IMG/VR virus record: IMGVR_UViG_3300042465_006264
Reading direction: 5' to 3' (one strand)
DNA length: 20,000 nucleotides
Source of the DNA: an uncultured virus (IMG/VR IMGVR_UViG_3300042465_006264)
Lineage: Duplodnaviria > Heunggongvirae > Uroviricota > Caudoviricetes
The notes under the pieces were generated by a model that made no database searches, had not been told where the DNA came from, and was given only the letters and a program-made list of their open reading frames with translations. Positions within the stretch are counted from its first letter, which is position 1, and every line of letters begins with the position of its first letter. Both the position numbers and the translations under genes were made by a program. Of the stretch, positions 15,618-20,000 are shown piece by piece.

Positions 15618-18600
15618 ATGTTTAAGGGCAAATTCAAGTTTAAAAATGCTTCTGGTACACCATATACCTATGCCATAGGTGATGTTGTGATATTTCAGGG
15701 AAAGGTTTATGAGTGTCTTGAAGTTACTCAAAGTTCTCCTTTTCAGTCTCCCAAAAGTTGGAAACTAACCCAACTAACTGAGCCATATCAAAACGCCGAA
15801 GCACCTTTACAACCAGAAGAAAATCAATTTTGGTTTGATGAAAATGATGTTCTTTATATAAGACAACAAACCGGAACGGGATTTGTTTGGAAACCAATAT
15901 CTGGTGGTGTATCTGGGATTACTGGAAATTATGTAGCAACTCTTAATGGTCTTACTGGTGGTGTTACTCTGTATGCTGGAAATAATATTAATTTAACTTT
16001 AGGACCAAAAGGACTAACTATAACATCAACTAGTGGGATGGGATCAATTGGGCCCACCGGACCAACTGGCCCCCAAGGCCCTTCTGGATCTGGTGCACCT
16101 GGCAATAATGATGTGGGTGTGATGTATTTGAAAGGAAATACCACAGCAACAATTATACCATCTATAAATGGAAGAGCAATAGTTGGGGGAACAGCACAGA
16201 CTGGAACTTTATTTAATTTTTCCAAAGATGGTTCAAACAATGCATTGAAATATGATGGATCTGGTGGGCGATTCCATGTCATTGCAAACTTTAACTTTTA
16301 TAGTGGAAGCCAAGATGTTTGTGGATTTTATGTTGGAAAAAATTCAGTTGCAGGTTCCACCCTTGATCCAAATGCAGATAGAATTAGTGAAAGTGAAATT
16401 TATGCTAACTCTGCAAATCCATCTGCTCAACCTGTTTCTTCAACAATTCAAACAATATTAGATCTTGCATATGGCGATAGAGTCTTTTTTATTGTTCAAA
16501 ACAAAACTGCCACAAATAGTATAACTGTTGAGTTTTTGAAATTTACTGTAACATCTTTGACTGCTGAAAAAGGAAACACAGGAGCCACTGGTCCCCAAGG
16601 AATCCAAGGAAACACAGGAGCAACTGGTGCAACTGGTCCCCAAGGCATCCAAGGCATTCAGGGAAACACCGGAGCCACTGGTGCTCAAGGCATCCAAGGA
16701 AACACTGGAGCCACTGGAGCCACAGGAGCCACTGGTGCCCAAGGTCCTCAAGGAAACACTGGAGCCACAGGAGCCACTGGTGCCCAAGGTCCTCAAGGAA
16801 ACACTGGAGCCACAGGAGCCACTGGTGCCCAAGGTCCTCAAGGAAACACTGGAGCCACAGGAGCCACTGGACCCCAAGGCATTCAAGGCATTACTGGAGC
16901 CACTGGACCTCAAGGGCCTCAAGGCATCCAAGGCATTCAGGGAAACACTGGTGCCACTGGTCCAACAGGTGCAACAGGTGCAACAGGTGCTACAGGTTCT
17001 CAAGGCATTCAAGGTGTCACAGGTGCAACAGGTGCTACAGGCCCTCAAGGTGTCACAGGTGCAACAGGCGCAACTGGGCCTCAAGGCATTCAAGGCATCA
17101 CTGGTGCCACTGGTGCCACTGGTCCCCAAGGCATTCAGGGAAACACCGGAGCCACTGGTGCCACTGGTGCTCAAGGACCTCAAGGAAACACAGGAGCCAC
17201 TGGGCCTCAAGGCATTCAAGGCATCACTGGTGCCACTGGTGCCACTGGTCCCCAAGGCATTCAGGGAAACACAGGAGCCACTGGTGCTCAAGGACCACAG
17301 GGAAACACAGGAGCCACTGGTGCAACTGGTCCTCAAGGACCACAGGGAAACACAGGAGCCACTGGTCCTCAAGGACCACAGGGAAACACAGGAGCCACTG
17401 GACCAGTTGGTGATTATGTAATTTCTGTAAATGGCCTGACAGGTATTGTAAATGGTTTTGCATTTACTGGAACAGCAAATACCTTCACTGCTTTACAACA
17501 ATTCACTGCGGGGATTAGTGCATCTGGTGGAGCGACATTCTCAACAGATATTTCTGTAAATAGTTTGAGAATTGGTCAGGGACCAGTTTCGGGATCTTTC
17601 AATACTGCAATAGGAAATGATACATTAACATTATTGGAAAGCGGTCTTAACAACACGGCGATTGGTGCTTTTGCTCTTGCATCAGCAACTGGTGGTGATG
17701 GTAATGTGGCAATTGGTTCTGCCGCAATGGGTCTTGCTGCCAATGCTGGTTCTAGTAATGTGGCAATTGGTGAATCTGCTCTTTGGTTCAATAATGGAGG
17801 CAATAATAATATTGCAGTAGGAACCAGTGCTTTAGAGACTAATGCGAGTGGAAGTCAAAATGTGGCAATTGGCTCGTTGGCTCTTGATGGGAATGAAACA
17901 GGGTCTAGAAATACCGCAATAGGATATTCTTCATTGGGGGCTAGTGTCAGTCTAGCCAATTCTGATAATACTGCAATAGGTTCTTCATCTCTATTAGCAC
18001 TTAATTCAGGATCTCGTAACACTGCAATCGGATCACTTGCTGGAAGAAGAAGAGGTTCGGGTATCAGTTCTCTTCTATCAGCAACTGGTGGAATTTACAT
18101 TGGTTACGATGCCCGTGCATCCGCAGAGGCACTAACCAACGAGATTGTAATTGGTACTCTAGCCGTTGGTTTAGGCTCCAATACAGCAGTCATCGGTGCA
18201 ACTGCACAAACCTCCGCAACAATATACGGATTGGTGAATGCACCAAGTGGTATTAGTGCTTCTGGTGCAACTTTATCATCAAACACAACAATTCCTTCGG
18301 GTTCAACTCTTACCGTTAATGGAAACTTTGTTGCCAACGGAAATGTCAATCTTGGTGATGCCATAACAGATGCAATTACTGTTAGTGGTCTTTTGGCAGC
18401 AAATGGTGGTTTGAGTGCTGCTGGTGCAACCTTCTCTGCAAATATTAGTGCTCCAAATATTGTAAATTCTGTAAATGGTCTTACTGGTGGAATTACTCTT
18501 TCCGCTGGATCAAATATAACTATTACACAGAGTGGAAATACGCTAACAATTGCATCAACTGCTTCTGGTAGTGGGGTGACAATGTATGTTGAAACATTCA

Positions 18601-18656
18601 ACGGATTGACGGGTCCTGTTACTGGTGTAAGCGTTCCGAGGCATTGGTTCTTATGA
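15618..18656 (+). CDS. Collagen-like virion fibre/adhesin (1012 aa)
   Basis: N-terminal CBM5/12-like motif ([16 protein letters not shown]...P....W), a short G-X-Y run, a globular beta-rich domain, 93 G-X-Y triplets, nine NxAIG repeats and Gly/Ser/Thr-rich shaft repeats. Preceded by the late promoter. Confidence 0.8.
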   Translation: MFKGKFKFKNASGTPYTYAIGDVVIFQGKVYECLEVTQSSPFQSPKSWKLTQLTEPYQNAEAPLQPEENQFWFDENDVLYIRQQTGTGFVWKPISGGVSGITGNYVATLNGLTGGVTLYAGNNINLTLGPKGLTITSTSGMGSIGPTGPTGPQGPSGSGAPGNNDVGVMYLKGNTTATIIPSINGRAIVGGTAQTGTLFNFSKDGSNNALKYDGSGGRFHVIANFNFYSGSQDVCGFYVGKNSVAGSTLDPNADRISESEIYANSANPSAQPVSSTIQTILDLAYGDRVFFIVQNKTATNSITVEFLKFTVTSLTAEKGNTGATGPQGIQGNTGATGATGPQGIQGIQGNTGATGAQGIQGNTGATGATGATGAQGPQGNTGATGATGAQGPQGNTGATGATGAQGPQGNTGATGATGPQGIQGITGATGPQGPQGIQGIQGNTGATGPTGATGATGATGSQGIQGVTGATGATGPQGVTGATGATGPQGIQGITGATGATGPQGIQGNTGATGATGAQGPQGNTGATGPQGIQGITGATGATGPQGIQGNTGATGAQGPQGNTGATGATGPQGPQGNTGATGPQGPQGNTGATGPVGDYVISVNGLTGIVNGFAFTGTANTFTALQQFTAGISASGGATFSTDISVNSLRIGQGPVSGSFNTAIGNDTLTLLESGLNNTAIGAFALASATGGDGNVAIGSAAMGLAANAGSSNVAIGESALWFNNGGNNNIAVGTSALETNASGSQNVAIGSLALDGNETGSRNTAIGYSSLGASVSLANSDNTAIGSSSLLALNSGSRNTAIGSLAGRRRGSGISSLLSATGGIYIGYDARASAEALTNEIVIGTLAVGLGSNTAVIGATAQTSATIYGLVNAPSGISASGATLSSNTTIPSGSTLTVNGNFVANGNVNLGDAITDAITVSGLLAANGGLSAAGATFSANISAPNIVNSVNGLTGGITLSAGSNITITQSGNTLTIASTASGSGVTMYVETFNGLTGPVTGVSVPRHWFL
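16572..17408 (+). repeat. Collagen repeat: 93 uninterrupted Gly-X-Y triplets ([15 protein letters not shown])
   Basis: Manual count from the translation. Includes a perfect 45-bp tandem repeat (16712-16870, about 3.5 copies) and a 74-bp exact duplicate (17073-17146 and 17199-17272). Confidence 0.95.
17601..18044 (+). repeat. Nine 17-19-aa N(T/V/I)A(I/V)G repeats (YadA-head/Hep_Hag-like beta-roll)
   Basis: NTAIG, NTAIG, NVAIG, NVAIG, NIAVG, NVAIG, NTAIG, NTAIG, NTAIG in the translation. Confidence 0.85.
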
Positions 18657-20000
18657 TGCAAAGATTGAATGGTTTGAATAATGGTTATGTTGGTGGTTCA
18701 CCTGAAGTTCCAACATGCTCTATAAATTGTGGTGTAATTACTCCTAAAAAATTACACATAAATGCGTTAGAGATCAACCAATGGGATAGACCAGATTATT
18801 GGCTACCTCTACCACAAATAAATGTTGGTGAACAAAAAATGGCTGGTTTGTTTGCAGTATTTAAGGGGGCATCTGGCACCACTGGATCCACAGCAGATTC
18901 TAACTTTGTTAGAATTATTACAACTGTATCTTCTGGAAATTATATTGTGGACTGGGGGGATGGTGTAACTCAAGCATATAGCGGAACTGCAAATTATGTT
19001 TATAATTTTGAAGATATATCTTCTACAACTCAAACACCAGAAGGGTATCGCCAAGTAATTATTCAAGTATATCCAGAAACAAGTGGTGCAAGATTAACAG
19101 GGTTGCAGTTTACTGGAACCAATCAATGGTTTGGTACATTGAGAGACAATACCACATATGAATGGTTGGATATGAAGATTGCTGGTGCAAGCCTTTCGTC
19201 CCTTACTGTGGGAAATGCTTTACACCATTTACACAAATTTGAATATGTTGGTCCAAGTTCACTTACGACATTTGCCTTTACTAATTGTCAATCCCTTGAA
19301 AGAATAGTAGGAACAGAGTGGACGGCAAATGTTACTAACATTAGTAGTGCTTTCAGTGGTTGCAGAAGTTTGAGAACCATACCTTTGTTGGATACTAGAA
19401 AAGTAACATCATTTTTTGCAGCATTTACAAATTGCACTGCTTTGCATACTGTCCCTTGTATAAGCACATCTTCAGCAACCTCAACATATCAAATGTTTAG
19501 AACATGTTATTCACTGAATGATGTTCCACGATTTGATATGCAAAATGTAACCGATTGTGAATCAATGTTTGAAAACTGTAAGTCTATTGAAAGTATTCCA
19601 ATGTTTGACATCAGAAATGTTAGAAACATGGCTTTACTGGTGAATTCAAGTGGAATTAAAAAATTTCCAATGTTGGATACTTCAAATGTCACTAACATGA
19701 GTGGTTTATTTAATAGTTGCATCAAACTAAAAGAAATGCCTCAACTAAATACGAGCAGTAATACAAATTTTAGTAATTTTATTGCTGGAAGTGGAATTCA
19801 AGTTGTCCCGCCAATTGATACTTCAAAGGGAAGAAATTTTAATAGTTTTGCTCGTCTAGCACAATCTTTGAAAAAACTGCCACCAATGAATTTTTCTGGG
19901 GTAACTGGACCAAATATGTCGGGAGGGTTTGACGTTACTTTTTCAGAATTTTTCTTTCGTTGTCGTCCATTCGTAGAAATGCCAGAATTTGATGTGAGTG
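18653..20000 (+). CDS. BspA/DUF285-like leucine-rich-repeat surface protein, 3'-truncated by the window edge (absent from the ORF track)
   Basis: ATG at 18653 overlaps the fibre TGA (ATGA) and the frame is open to base 20000 (449 codons). Manual translation gives [15 protein letters not shown]...[11 protein letters not shown]...YIVDWGDG..., then 23-24-aa repeats such as [48 protein letters not shown] and [24 protein letters not shown]. Confidence 0.88.
   Translation, partial: MMQRLNGLNNGYVGGSPEVPTCSINCGVITPKKLHINALEINQWDRPDYWLPLPQINVGEQKMAGLFAVFKGASGTTGSTADSNFVRIITTVSSGNYIVDWGDGVTQAYSGTANYVYNFEDISSTTQTPEGYRQVIIQVYPETSGARLTGLQFTGTNQWFGTLRDNTTYEWLDMKIAGASLSSLTVGNALHHLHKFEYVGPSSLTTFAFTNCQSLERIVGTEWTANVTNISSAFSGCRSLRTIPLLDTRKVTSFFAAFTNCTALHTVPCISTSSATSTYQMFRTCYSLNDVPRFDMQNVTDCESMFENCKSIESIPMFDIRNVRNMALLVNSSGIKKFPMLDTSNVTNMSGLFNSCIKLKEMPQLNTSSNTNFSNFIAGSGIQVVPPIDTSKGRNFNSFARLAQSLKKLPPMNFSGVTGPNMSGGFDVTFSEFFFRCRPFVEMPEFDVS

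Noticed and set aside
16572..17408. Repeat array as CRISPR
   Set aside because: There are no unique spacers or cas genes, and the repeats are in-frame codon repeats of a protein.
16458..17463. Long alternative-frame and antisense ORFs over the collagen (16458-17372 -, 16627-17421 +, 17224-17463 -)
   Set aside because: They are shadows of the stop-poor 9-nt collagen repeat and have no independent coding signal.
3660..19725. Short minus-strand and nested ORFs in the track (e.g. 3660-3845, 4835-5029, 5696-5935, 11424-11720, 12662-12862, 12985-13239, 14239-14763, 15030-15483, 15929-16461, 17576-17803, 18104-18661, 18809-19066, 19507-19725)
   Set aside because: All overlap well-supported + strand genes and show no recognisable motifs.
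1..20000. tRNA, rRNA, terminators, introns/inteins and IS elements
   Set aside because: Intergenic gaps are all under 40 nt. I saw no GC hairpin with a U-tract, cloverleaf or transposase, and gp46/gp47 are of normal length.

Overview
This window looks like part of a large, AT-rich T4-like (Tevenvirinae-related, probably environmental) phage genome. All real genes are on the + strand and tightly packed, many with 4-nt ATGA start/stop overlaps. Three blocks are visible. (1) 1-12265: a >12 kb cluster for nucleotide-sugar synthesis and glycosyl transfer, with two GT10 fucosyltransferases, a GT25, an RfbH/E1-type Fe-S 3-dehydrase, a SAM methyltransferase, a truncated GT34-like gene, DUF5672, a NodZ/GT23-like fucosyltransferase, RmlB, a minimal split transketolase, two SDR epimerase/reductases and Gmd. 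(2) 12280-15607: T4 core genes gp55 (late sigma factor), gp47 and gp46 (Mre11/Rad50-like). (3) 15618-end: behind a T4 late promoter (TATAAATA), a 1012-aa fibre protein with 93 uncharged Gly-X-Thr/Gln collagen triplets and NxAIG repeats, then an LRR (BspA/DUF285-like) protein that the ORF track missed and that runs off the end. Best leads: a possible phage-encoded virion O-glycosylation system acting on Thr-rich collagen fibres; a possible branched 3,6-dideoxy sugar pathway; a 75-bp relic second copy of the rfbH 3' end differing only at synonymous sites, which brackets the methyltransferase cassette; and three promoter-like boxes placed for leaderless translation. All family assignments come from motifs recognised by eye; no searches were run.
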